From positions 1 to 35,259 of IMG/VR virus record IMGVR_UViG_3300032294_000330: a DNA stretch of 35,259 nucleotides. One strand, 5' to 3'. Of this stretch, positions 9,147 to 16,288 are shown piece after piece (the first letter of the stretch is position 1; the number at the start of each line of letters is the position of its first letter). The notes beneath the pieces were generated by a model. It was not told the origin of the DNA. It did not search any database and saw only the letters and a program-made list of their open reading frames with translations. Source of the DNA: a virus. Taxonomy: Duplodnaviria; Caudoviricetes. The position numbers were made by a program, and so were the translations under genes.

Positions 9147-9890
9147 ATGCCAAAGAACAAAGTTAGCGAATGGAGTGCTACAGCGGCTAATAACACCGAC
9201 ATCGGTGGGATTAACATTGCTGAAGGATGTGCGCCTAGTGGTATCAATAACGCTATCCGTGAGCTTATGGCTCAAGTTAAGGATATGCAATCAGGTACTG
9301 ATGCAGATAACTTTACCGTAGGTGGTAACTTAACTGTTTCTAGTACATTAACTGCTAACTCGTCTGTTGGTACTGCTGGTCAGGCATTGATCTCTAGGGG
9401 TGCTGGATTGTCTCCTCAATGGGGGACATTATTTGTTACCGGCATGATTATGATGTGGTCTGGGACTATTGCCACAATCCCTAGTGGTTGGGTCTTATGC
9501 GATGGCAATAACAGCACTCCAGACTTGCGTAACCGCTTTATTATCGGTGCTAATGCTGATGATGCTGGTGTAGCTAAGACTAACGTAACTGGTTCAGCTA
9601 CTCAGACTGGTGGTTCTAAAGATGCGATTGTTGTTAGCCATACGCACACAGCAACGGTTACTGATCCGGGTCACACTCACACGACTACACTAAACGTATG
9701 GCGCGGCAGTAATTCTGGGAATACTGGTGCTGCTTGGGGTGGCGGTGATCGTCAGGATGCTACTAACGTAGTTGGAACTTCAAACAGCCGAGTAACAAGC
9801 ATCACGGTAGCTAACAGCACAGAAGGCTCATCCGGCACTAACCAAAACCTTCCTCCATACTACGCACTCGCGTTTATTATGAAGTCCTAA
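9147..9890 (+). CDS. Tail fibre with phage tail-collar domain
   Basis: GMIMMWSG..ATIPSGWVLCDG...PDLRNRFIIGA and terminal NLPPYYALAFIMK. N-terminal EGCAPSGINNAIRELMA attachment motif. Confidence 0.82.
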   Translation: MPKNKVSEWSATAANNTDIGGINIAEGCAPSGINNAIRELMAQVKDMQSGTDADNFTVGGNLTVSSTLTANSSVGTAGQALISRGAGLSPQWGTLFVTGMIMMWSGTIATIPSGWVLCDGNNSTPDLRNRFIIGANADDAGVAKTNVTGSATQTGGSKDAIVVSHTHTATVTDPGHTHTTTLNVWRGSNSGNTGAAWGGGDRQDATNVVGTSNSRVTSITVANSTEGSSGTNQNLPPYYALAFIMKS

Positions 9891-9891
9891 C

Positions 9892-10170
9892 ATGGAAAAC
9901 TTATTCTCTCAAATCGTCGTAGGTATTGGTGGTCTAGGTGCAGGAGCTTGGGCTATGTATCAGAAGATTCAGGCCGATAACCGGAACAATAAGTCTGCTG
10001 AGATAACTGATGCTGCATGGCAACAGGTTATTACTACCTTGCGAGAAGAAGTCGAGCGTATGTCTGTTCGTCTAGCGGCTGTTGAAGAACAGAACCGTAA
10101 GTGCGAGGAGCATAACGAGGAATTGCGTCGTGAGTTGTCCGATATAAAGATGCGTCTCCATGTAGAGTGA
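9892..10170 (+). CDS. Single-TM coiled-coil protein (holin/antiholin candidate)
   Basis: N-terminal hydrophobic helix followed by heptad-rich region, upstream of the endolysin. Confidence 0.5.
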   Translation: MENLFSQIVVGIGGLGAGAWAMYQKIQADNRNNKSAEITDAAWQQVITTLREEVERMSVRLAAVEEQNRKCEEHNEELRRELSDIKMRLHVE

Positions 10171-10868
10171 TTGATCCTGTAACAATTGCTGCGGCTTATA
10201 AAGCCTGTACCACAGCAATCGATCTCGCCAAGCGCGGAGTCGAGCTCTACAAGCAGATTAAATCCACGAGCGGGGATGTCAGCGACGTACTGAAAGACCT
10301 GCGAGAGCAGTACAACAGAATAACGAGTCCGAGTAAGGAGCAGACAAAGCAGTTTCAAGAAGAAGTTAAGCGAGTGCAGGAGGTGGCGAAAGCCACGCCG
10401 GATGATGTGCTGAACGATATATGGTCGAATCTAGGTACGTTTATCGACCAGTACGAGGCTCTAGTAAAGATATACGTCCAGAGTGAAGCAGCGTCTAAAG
10501 AGGTCTATAAAGGTGACTTATCGCTAGGTCGCAGGGCATTAGAGAGGATCAGGCTGGAATCCAAACTTAACGAAATGCTAGCTCAAGTACGCGAACAGAT
10601 GGTGTTTAATACACCGCAAGAGCTTGGCTCAGTTTGGAGCCGTTTTGAGAAGGCATGGGCTGACATCCAGAACGAGCAAGCAGATGCTCTGGCGATAGAG
10701 ACTAGAAAGATTCAAGCGGCTCGATGGCAACGAAGGCAACAGATAAATCGGGTAAAAAGTCAGCTGGCATGGATTGGGGCAGTCGTTCTTACAATTCTAT
10801 GGGCAATAATGCTAATGGTGCTGATAGTAAGAAGCGAGACGATGAGAACATCCCTTGGACATTATTGA
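10167..10868 (+). CDS. Helical protein with C-terminal TM anchor
   Basis: MIDPVTI N-terminus, coiled coil, C-terminal WIGAVVLTILWAIMLMVLIV. Confidence 0.7.
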   Translation: MIDPVTIAAAYKACTTAIDLAKRGVELYKQIKSTSGDVSDVLKDLREQYNRITSPSKEQTKQFQEEVKRVQEVAKATPDDVLNDIWSNLGTFIDQYEALVKIYVQSEAASKEVYKGDLSLGRRALERIRLESKLNEMLAQVREQMVFNTPQELGSVWSRFEKAWADIQNEQADALAIETRKIQAARWQRRQQINRVKSQLAWIGAVVLTILWAIMLMVLIVRSETMRTSLGHY

Positions 10869-11029
10869 TTACTGTCATGGCGGTGTTATTAACCTTCTTT
10901 ATCGTAATGCCTATCATCGGATTTATGCTCTGGGATTTACATATAGCGACTCAAGCTGCTGTCCATGAAGTTAGAAAGATGAAAGAGTTACGGCGAGACA
11001 TACTGTTAGAGAGGATGTATCGTGATTGA
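10724..11029 (+). CDS. Small membrane protein (start uncertain)
   Basis: Long TM segment IPWTLLITVMAVLLTFFIVMPIIGFMLW. Fills the gap up to the endolysin start. Confidence 0.6.
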   Translation: MATKATDKSGKKSAGMDWGSRSYNSMGNNANGADSKKRDDENIPWTLLITVMAVLLTFFIVMPIIGFMLWDLHIATQAAVHEVRKMKELRRDILLERMYRD

Positions 11030-11660
11030 TCGCAAGGCATTTAAGAAGTTTATCCCTCACTCAAAGTACCCGGATCAATGGTACGACGCGCTATTCAGTT
11101 CTCAGACTGAGCTAGGTGGCAAGTCTCTCCTAGAAGAATACGAGATTACGACTCCTAACCGTATAGCGTCATTCCTAGCCCAATGCCACCATGAATCAGG
11201 TGGATTCGTCTGGCTAACAGAGAACCTGAACTACTCTGCTCAAGGTCTCCTTAAAGTCTTCCCTAAGTATTTCCAGACCGACTCTCAGGCTAAGGCTTAC
11301 GCTAAACAGCCGGATAAAATCGCCAATTACGTCTACGCGAATCGTATGGGTAACGGTGATGAGGCTAGCCAAGAGGGGAGCGTCTACAAGGGCAGAGGAT
11401 TAATCCAGTTGACCGGCAAGGATAACTATTTTTGGTTCGCTGCTAGCCTAGAGATGACTCCAGAAGAAGCTGCTGAATATATGCAGACATTCGAAGGAGC
11501 AGCCCAATCTGCTTGCTGGTTTTGGTCGGAAAATAAGCTGAATAGATTCGCAGACGCTGGTGATCTCAGAGGCATGACTAAGGTGATTAACGGTGGTTAC
11601 AAGGGTATGGAAGATAGAGAGGCTCAGTATGCGCGTGCTTTGGCTGTTGTTCATTCTTAG
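11022..11660 (+). CDS. Endolysin, glycoside hydrolase family 19
   Basis: FLAQCHHESGG, ENLNYS, YKGRGLIQLTGKDNY, SACWFW and TKVINGG motifs. Confidence 0.93.
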   Translation: MIDRKAFKKFIPHSKYPDQWYDALFSSQTELGGKSLLEEYEITTPNRIASFLAQCHHESGGFVWLTENLNYSAQGLLKVFPKYFQTDSQAKAYAKQPDKIANYVYANRMGNGDEASQEGSVYKGRGLIQLTGKDNYFWFAASLEMTPEEAAEYMQTFEGAAQSACWFWSENKLNRFADAGDLRGMTKVINGGYKGMEDREAQYARALAVVHS

Positions 11661-11814
11661 TCTCGTAGGCTGTGAGGATAGGTTCCGTTATCCCTGCCAA
11701 GATAACAAGAACTGGAATAAACCTGAATGTCAGCGTCCTACCTGTGCTGTAACTGGGACTTGTCCTGACCAGCTAGTACCTGCTGCTGACTTTAAGCCGG
11801 AGGAACAAAAATGA
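11629..11814 (+). CDS. Small Cys-rich lipoprotein
   Basis: From ATG 11629: MRVLWLLFILSLVGC lipobox, then four more Cys (YPCQD, ECQRPTC, GTCP). Confidence 0.75.
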   Translation: MRVLWLLFILSLVGCEDRFRYPCQDNKNWNKPECQRPTCAVTGTCPDQLVPAADFKPEEQK

Positions 11815-12242
11815 AGTGGACTCCTGACCATATTGATTCAATCATCAAACTAGTTATCGGCACGACGTTCTGTGCTGTGCTTCTGATGATGTCTAGCCTA
11901 GCCATGTATTCGGTAGTCTTTGTGACTCAGCCGATGAATTCCATTGCACCAGCGGATAAGCAGTTCTTTATGTTGCTCTCAGATATGTCTAAGTACATAC
12001 TTGGGGCTTTAGCGACATTGCTTGCCATTAAAGGTAAGGATGGGGTTGCTAAGTTGATCGATCCACCACCCGGAGTATCTAAGGCGAGTGATTGGACTGA
12101 TCCACCTAAAGCACCACCACCGTCACCTGTACAACAACCTGTCCGTATGGAACCGACGATTGCTCCTATTAGTTCTGCACCAACGGCAGGTTATAACGGT
12201 AAAGCAGCCCCTGAACAACCACCTCACCCGGAGATAACATGA
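11811..12242 (+). CDS. Two-TM membrane protein with Pro-rich tail (holin candidate)
   Basis: Two hydrophobic helices and a Pro-rich C-terminus, within the lysis cassette. Confidence 0.6.
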   Translation: MKWTPDHIDSIIKLVIGTTFCAVLLMMSSLAMYSVVFVTQPMNSIAPADKQFFMLLSDMSKYILGALATLLAIKGKDGVAKLIDPPPGVSKASDWTDPPKAPPPSPVQQPVRMEPTIAPISSAPTAGYNGKAAPEQPPHPEIT

Positions 12243-12421
12243 TTGCATTACGCATGGTTGGAACTGTGTTTCTTAGTCTATTTCTTGTGTTTAACATTCA
12301 CGCAGGAGAGACTAAAAAAGTCTGCAATGCCCAAAAAGACAAGAAGGGTAAGGAAGTTCAGGTCTGTCGTGAGGTCAAGGTACACAAGAAACTTGATGGC
12401 ACGAAAGTACCGCCGAAATGA
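12239..12421 (+). CDS. Small secreted basic protein
   Basis: Signal-peptide-like N-terminus ending IHA, Cys pair, Lys-rich. ATGA overlaps at both ends. Confidence 0.65.
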   Translation: MIALRMVGTVFLSLFLVFNIHAGETKKVCNAQKDKKGKEVQVCREVKVHKKLDGTKVPPK

Positions 12422-12876
12422 ATCCGTATCTCATCCTCGGCGTTGTATTCGCAATCGGTGTAGCCGGAGCAGGTGGCCTATACAAGGGTCACAGGCTAGG
12501 TAAGGCTGAGGTTCAACAGGCGTGGGATAAGGAGAAAGCCGAGCAATATGCTGCTTATGCTAAGGCTCAGGAAGAAGCCCGTAGGAAGGAGCAAGAGCTA
12601 CAGGCTAATGCGGATCAATTAAGGAGGGAAAAAGATGCGGAAATCAGGAATATTAACGCTAGGGCTACTGCTCTCTCTAACAGCTTGCAGCACCGTAAGT
12701 CCCGTTCCGAAGCAGATTCCCTGTCCAGTTCCTCCGGTGCTAGACAGACATCCTGTAGCGGAAAAGAGCTTTACCGAGAGGATGGGCAATTTCTTGTCCG
12801 GATCGCTGGAGAGGCCGACGAACTCAGAACAGCCCTCAAGCAATGCTACACCCAGTACGAAGCCCTAAGAAAGTGA
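12418..12876 (+). CDS. rz: Inner-membrane spanin (Rz-like)
   Basis: N-terminal TM, coiled coil, C-terminal ADELRTALKQC. Contains an embedded lipoprotein ORF. Confidence 0.85.
   Translation: MNPYLILGVVFAIGVAGAGGLYKGHRLGKAEVQQAWDKEKAEQYAAYAKAQEEARRKEQELQANADQLRREKDAEIRNINARATALSNSLQHRKSRSEADSLSSSSGARQTSCSGKELYREDGQFLVRIAGEADELRTALKQCYTQYEALRK
12635..12868 (+). CDS. rz1: Outer-membrane spanin lipoprotein (Rz1-like), embedded in rz
   Basis: MRKSGILTLGLLLSLTAC lipobox and Pro-rich CPVPPVL. Entirely inside rz in the +1 frame, as in lambda. Confidence 0.8.
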   Translation: MRKSGILTLGLLLSLTACSTVSPVPKQIPCPVPPVLDRHPVAEKSFTERMGNFLSGSLERPTNSEQPSSNATPSTKP

Positions 12877-13068
12877 CTCTGAGGCTTGCGTAGCGATCTC
12901 TGAAGCCGTTTTTATCATCTGGTCATAGGTCTGACCACTACCCCTAGCTATCAAGCCTCCCAGAGCCGCTGCGAAGAACAGTCTCCAGTCGTAATCTTGG
13001 GGGGTAAATTGGACTGTTTCAGGTGGATTCCATTTAGGATCATCAGGATTCTTACGAGGTCTGCCCAT
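12865..13068 (-). CDS. Hypothetical protein with N-terminal AT-hook-like GRPRK
   Basis: MGRPRKNP...FFAAALGGLIA. Last gene of the leftward operon. Confidence 0.65.
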   Translation of the reverse strand: MGRPRKNPDDPKWNPPETVQFTPQDYDWRLFFAAALGGLIARGSGQTYDQMIKTASEIATQASESLS

Positions 13069-13264
13069 TACGCTCCCTTAATTGTTTGATAATTTTATTG
13101 ATGTGGTTTACTGGACTAGGCTTGCCAGATAGGTTCCTGTAGATACTTGGGGAGTTCTTATCAAGGCAAGACTTACATATCCAGCGGTTAGTGCGTTTAC
13201 CGCGTCTATATATCCCACCTTCCTCGTCTTTGGTGGCTTGGCAACTCGTACAAAATTTAGTCAT
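13052..13264 (-). CDS. Small Zn-finger protein
   Basis: CTSC...WICKSC. Confidence 0.65.
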   Translation of the reverse strand: MTKFCTSCQATKDEEGGIYRRGKRTNRWICKSCLDKNSPSIYRNLSGKPSPVNHINKIIKQLRERNGQTS

Positions 13265-13452
13265 AGTCTACGTTGGCAGGTAAAGGCTTGGATGTCTACG
13301 CGAAATGCCCCTGCAAACTTACAATCAGAGGCTATCCGAGATTCTGTTTGAATCCCACCAACGTACCAGCCGATAACGCATAACAAGATGGCAACGATAG
13401 ACTTAGCCCACCAGTCAAGCACCATATCAACTGCTTTAGATAGATCATTCAT
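13261..13452 (-). CDS. Small membrane protein
   Basis: Single TM helix, tiled overlaps. Confidence 0.65.
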   Translation of the reverse strand: MNDLSKAVDMVLDWWAKSIVAILLCVIGWYVGGIQTESRIASDCKFAGAFRVDIQAFTCQRRL

Positions 13453-13750
13453 CTTTAACGAATACCCCTTCTTTATTTAGGTAGCCTTTACGATCCTTAA
13501 TCTGCTCGTAGGCTGACTGGAAGCATTGTTTCAGATCGACATCTTCAATAGCAGCAACCATAGTGAGGCATACAAGAACGTCCCCAAGTCCATCAATAAT
13601 TCCGTCACGGTCTCGCTTGGTAATCGCATCTGCTAACTCTCCCATCTCAGAAAAAGCCTTCAATAGCTGCGTCTTAGCGTCAGAGTTCTGAATAATCCCT
13701 CTAGCCTCACCCCAACGTACCACTAACAGTTCGGTAGCCTCGTAGCTCAT
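13445..13750 (-). CDS. mazG: MazG-like nucleotide pyrophosphohydrolase
   Basis: WGEARGI...QLLKAFSEMGELADA...DGLGDVLV...AYEQIKDRKG..GVFVK. Confidence 0.85.
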   Translation of the reverse strand: MSYEATELLVVRWGEARGIIQNSDAKTQLLKAFSEMGELADAITKRDRDGIIDGLGDVLVCLTMVAAIEDVDLKQCFQSAYEQIKDRKGYLNKEGVFVKDE

Positions 13751-13938
13751 AGAAAGCTCTCAATCTCAACGATAGGCATATTGAAAGCCTTATGAATGGC
13801 AATCTTAGTCTCAGCCGATACACCGTTATGACCGTTACGAATCTTGCTAATGGTAGGCATTGAGACACCTATCTTTAGGGCTAGTTGACGGTCGTTCTTG
13901 ATCTCGTAAGTCTTTTTCAAATAGTCCAACAGTTTCAT
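13747..13938 (-). CDS. XRE/Cro-family helix-turn-helix regulator
   Basis: NDRQLALKIGVSMPTISKIRNG HTH, 63 aa, no peptidase domain. Confidence 0.85.
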   Translation of the reverse strand: MKLLDYLKKTYEIKNDRQLALKIGVSMPTISKIRNGHNGVSAETKIAIHKAFNMPIVEIESFL

Positions 13939-13956
13939 TTTTTCTCCTAAGTTAAT

Positions 13957-14137
13957 GCCCGTCTTTCCGGGCTGTCTGCATACTCACATAGAAGGGGAGA
14001 AGTACCTATTTAGGAGTCTATGCGTATGCTGCGTAGGTTACCTGCCACCTATCGCTAGGCTTAAGGGTGAGGTACTCGCTTCACTGGTTCTATCCTTGAC
14101 GATTTACTAATCGAAAAGCCAGCATCCGCTTTCCCTC
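13957..14137 (-). ncRNA. Candidate structured RNA region with four adjacent hairpins
   Basis: Stems at 14069-14137, 14031-14055, 13978-14029 and 13957-13972 nearly fill the longest non-coding gap of the early operon. Confidence 0.5.
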
Positions 14138-14148
14138 GTAGCTAATCC

Positions 14149-14388
14149 CTAAAATGGCGCGTCAGTTAGATCATCGTCCTGAAACTCAACCTTCTTTGCT
14201 GGCTTCTTGGTCTCTTTTGGTTTAACCGCTAGAGAAAAGAACTTACCTGCTTTACCTTCTTTTAGCCATCCAGAGAGCCAGTAATCCTTGCCATCGATGT
14301 TGATCGTGCCGCTATAGTCCGGGTGCTTGTCAGACTGTTTGTTAGTGTTGCGACCCAACATACCGCGATTAGTGTTGTCGTATTCCAT
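14149..14388 (-). CDS. Small ssDNA-binding protein (OB-fold-like, acidic tail)
   Basis: NKQSDKHPDYSGTINIDG..YWLSGW...FFSL and SSB-type C-terminus DDDLTDAPF. Follows the recombinase. Confidence 0.75.
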   Translation of the reverse strand: MEYDNTNRGMLGRNTNKQSDKHPDYSGTINIDGKDYWLSGWLKEGKAGKFFSLAVKPKETKKPAKKVEFQDDDLTDAPF

Positions 14389-14390
14389 GA

Positions 14391-15044
14391 TTATCCTTTA
14401 GTAAATTTCTTGATTGCTGATCGTTGCTTGCTATCCAACAGAGACCAGAGTGCAGTCTTCCAATCTGCATCTAGTCCTAGAGAATTGATGTACTCCACAG
14501 CGTCTGCTACCTGATCCTTGTGAATCATTAGGATGATGTCTGCTGCGTAGCTACGAATCTCGTCTTGAGATTCTGAGTCAAGATCGTCGAATACGGACTT
14601 AGTAATCGGCTTTGATGACTTAGGTTCGTCTGAGCCTGTAGTAGCGTCTAGTGCGTCATGCTCACAGATTGCCAAAGCCATTACCAGCAGATACCGAGTA
14701 ATGTAGGTAATCGATGCACCTAGATTCTGGACATCGTGACAGCCTTTCAACTGAGCAGAAGCCATAGGGCAAGTGAACTTAGTGCAACCACCGTTGACCG
14801 TATCAATGACTCGCATAGTCGCTAGTTCGCTGGTGAACTCTAGCGTATGGCACAGTCCTAGTTCAGCAAATATCGAGTTGACTGTAGGCAGGAAATCGGT
14901 CAGTTCAAAGTACCGATAGCCAGCAAACTTATTATGCCCTGACTTCTTGAGTTCTACGTTCTGGAGCTTAACTCTGGCTTCCTGTAGCTTTTGGTAGACG
15001 AGCCATTGCTGCTGTTCTTCTTGTTCCTGTTGACGGTTATCCAT
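14391..15044 (-). CDS. erf: ERF-family single-strand annealing recombinase
   Basis: KKSGHNKFAGYRYFELTDFLP...QNLGASITYITRYLL...EHDALD. Confidence 0.85.
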   Translation of the reverse strand: MDNRQQEQEEQQQWLVYQKLQEARVKLQNVELKKSGHNKFAGYRYFELTDFLPTVNSIFAELGLCHTLEFTSELATMRVIDTVNGGCTKFTCPMASAQLKGCHDVQNLGASITYITRYLLVMALAICEHDALDATTGSDEPKSSKPITKSVFDDLDSESQDEIRSYAADIILMIHKDQVADAVEYINSLGLDADWKTALWSLLDSKQRSAIKKFTKG

Positions 15045-15047
15045 TAT

Positions 15048-15218
15048 TTATCCTTTAGCGAATTTCTTATTGAAGATGATATTGTTAGGTTGTGTTTCCT
15101 TAATAGTTTGTATCTTTGCAGCCTCCTTTTGCTCACGACGAACACGTTCAAAAGTTTTACGAATGTTTGTTTTGCCAGACGAGACATATTTGAATGAAGG
15201 GTCTAGGATTGATGTCAT
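15048..15218 (-). CDS. Small phage protein, 56 aa (not in the ORF track)
   Basis: MTSILDPSFKYVSSGKTNIRKTFERVRREQKEAAK...KKFAKG. Tiles between its neighbours. Confidence 0.75.
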   Translation of the reverse strand: MTSILDPSFKYVSSGKTNIRKTFERVRREQKEAAKIQTIKETQPNNIIFNKKFAKG

Positions 15219-15325
15219 AGGCTGTCCATGAGTAACGCTAGGAGAAACAGTAGAAAGATGACTTTACCAGAATGACGGTTGATGAAGTCAGCTAGCTTAT
15301 CGTCTGCTCGGAATAGTTTGTTCAT
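15215..15325 (-). CDS. 36-aa membrane peptide (not in the ORF track)
   Basis: MNKLFRADDKLADFINRHSGKVIFLLFLLALLMDSL. ATGA overlaps on both sides. Confidence 0.65.
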   Translation of the reverse strand: MNKLFRADDKLADFINRHSGKVIFLLFLLALLMDSL

Positions 15326-15651
15326 GCTTCTTTCCCCTTAAAGTAGTTTTCTGCTTCCCGGTCTTTGTGTTCCTGATACAACCTGTCCTGATGCTCAAAA
15401 TGCCTATCATCGTCAGTCTCCTCGTACTCCGGTAAGTTCTTTTCCTTAACGGTACGGTTAATCATTCCGATAATGAACCGTTGCAGATTGTCACGGAGTT
15501 GGATAGGATTTTGGTGATGCTGCGACCAAACCCATAACATCTGTGAAAACTCCTCGCCAATATCTGCGGCTGTCATGTGGCACAGTACATCGTCAGGATG
15601 TCCATCCAGTAGCTCATAAAGTAGGAACTGCTCGAATTCTTGTGCGTTCAT
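15322..15651 (-). CDS. Hypothetical acidic early protein
   Basis: 109-aa ORF with strong AGGGG RBS. Confidence 0.7.
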   Translation of the reverse strand: MNAQEFEQFLLYELLDGHPDDVLCHMTAADIGEEFSQMLWVWSQHHQNPIQLRDNLQRFIIGMINRTVKEKNLPEYEETDDDRHFEHQDRLYQEHKDREAENYFKGKEA

Positions 15652-15652
15652 A

Positions 15653-15905
15653 TTTATCCCCTAGTCAGTTACCGCCACCGTGGAGTCCAAGTTCCTGATG
15701 CTTTTGCTGCTTCAATTTGGTTTCGGATTTGACGATGACCACACTTATCATCTTTTCTGCAAATGACTGTACCATCACTAAGTTTCCAGCCATGATCGTT
15801 CCAAAGAGATACGCCACATTTAGCGCAGCTATAAATTGCTTCAGAGCTAGTATCTCCGGTCATCGTTTTCATGTTTATCCCCTAGTTAATTAATCAGTTA
15901 CCGCC
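15653..15905 (-). repeat. Bipartite direct repeat GGCGGTAACTG...ACTAGGGGATAAA flanking gene 15669-15872
   Basis: Copies at 15653-15676 and 15874-15905. The second has an 8-nt ATTAATTA insert. Confidence 0.8.
15669..15872 (-). CDS. Small Cys-containing protein, first gene of the leftward operon
   Basis: CAKC...C....C, AGGGG RBS. Confidence 0.65.
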   Translation of the reverse strand: MKTMTGDTSSEAIYSCAKCGVSLWNDHGWKLSDGTVICRKDDKCGHRQIRNQIEAAKASGTWTPRWR

Positions 15906-15910
15906 TCGAA

Positions 15911-15959
15911 ATAGTGCCACAGATTAACAGGTAAGTGCAAATATATTTCTATAAGTAAA
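15911..15959 (-). promoter_or_regulatory. Leftward sigma70-type promoter with upstream 22-bp element
   Basis: -35 TTGCAC (15935-15940), 18 bp, -10 CACTAT (15911-15916) preceded by TGG. Upstream TTTACTTATAGAAATATATTTG. Confidence 0.55.
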
Positions 15960-16008
15960 CCAAATCCTATAGGAACATTCTATTACCAACCATCAACATT
16001 CTGCGATA

Positions 16009-16167
16009 ATGAAATACGAGAAAACATTGCAAAAACTGAAAGAAACTCAGCCTAAGCTTGATAAGTACCCAGAGCCTAGAAAGACAACACCTAGAGGACA
16101 GCCAGTTGAAAGAAGAACCTTCAAAATCCTTAGCAGCAACGTCAAGCGACAAAACTGGAACGATTAA
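16009..16167 (+). CDS. Possible 52-aa basic protein
   Basis: MKYEKTLQKLKETQP...NWND. No clear RBS. Confidence 0.35.
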   Translation: MKYEKTLQKLKETQPKLDKYPEPRKTTPRGQPVERRTFKILSSNVKRQNWND

Positions 16168-16282
16168 GAAATACCATCACGGCCTACGTTATTGCGCTGG
16201 ATGTAAGAAGTCTAGGTCATCGATCCAATTCCGAGACCTAGAGGTTTGTAAGATTTGTCAATTACGAAACATTAAGGTATAG
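16058..16282 (+). CDS. Small Zn-finger protein (start uncertain)
   Basis: CAGC...CKIC in the C-terminal half. Confidence 0.45.
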   Translation: MISTQSLERQHLEDSQLKEEPSKSLAATSSDKTGTIKKYHHGLRYCAGCKKSRSSIQFRDLEVCKICQLRNIKV

Positions 16283-16283
16283 T
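16255..16283 (+). promoter_or_regulatory. Rightward sigma70 promoter for the replication operon
   Basis: TTGTCA (16255-16260), 17 bp, TATAGT (16278-16283). Each box is 5/6 to consensus. Confidence 0.72.
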
Positions 16284-16288
16284 TCATC

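Noticed and set aside
84-9290. Antisense and alternate-frame ORFs in the tail/ejection region (e.g. 84-305, 914-1360, 4900-5268, 5092-5574, 8859-9290)
   Set aside because: They shadow well-supported plus-strand genes and have no RBS or recognisable motifs.
13940-14148. tRNA, CRISPR mini-array or known self-cleaving ribozyme in the non-coding gap
   Set aside because: No cloverleaf or T-loop GTTC(G/A)A in context, no repeat-spacer periodicity, and no hammerhead CUGAUGA/GAAA core.
15666-15905. TTACCGCC as a lambda CI/Cro operator half-site
   Set aside because: Only a partial half-site with no 17-bp dyad and no CI gene. Better explained as part of the direct repeat.
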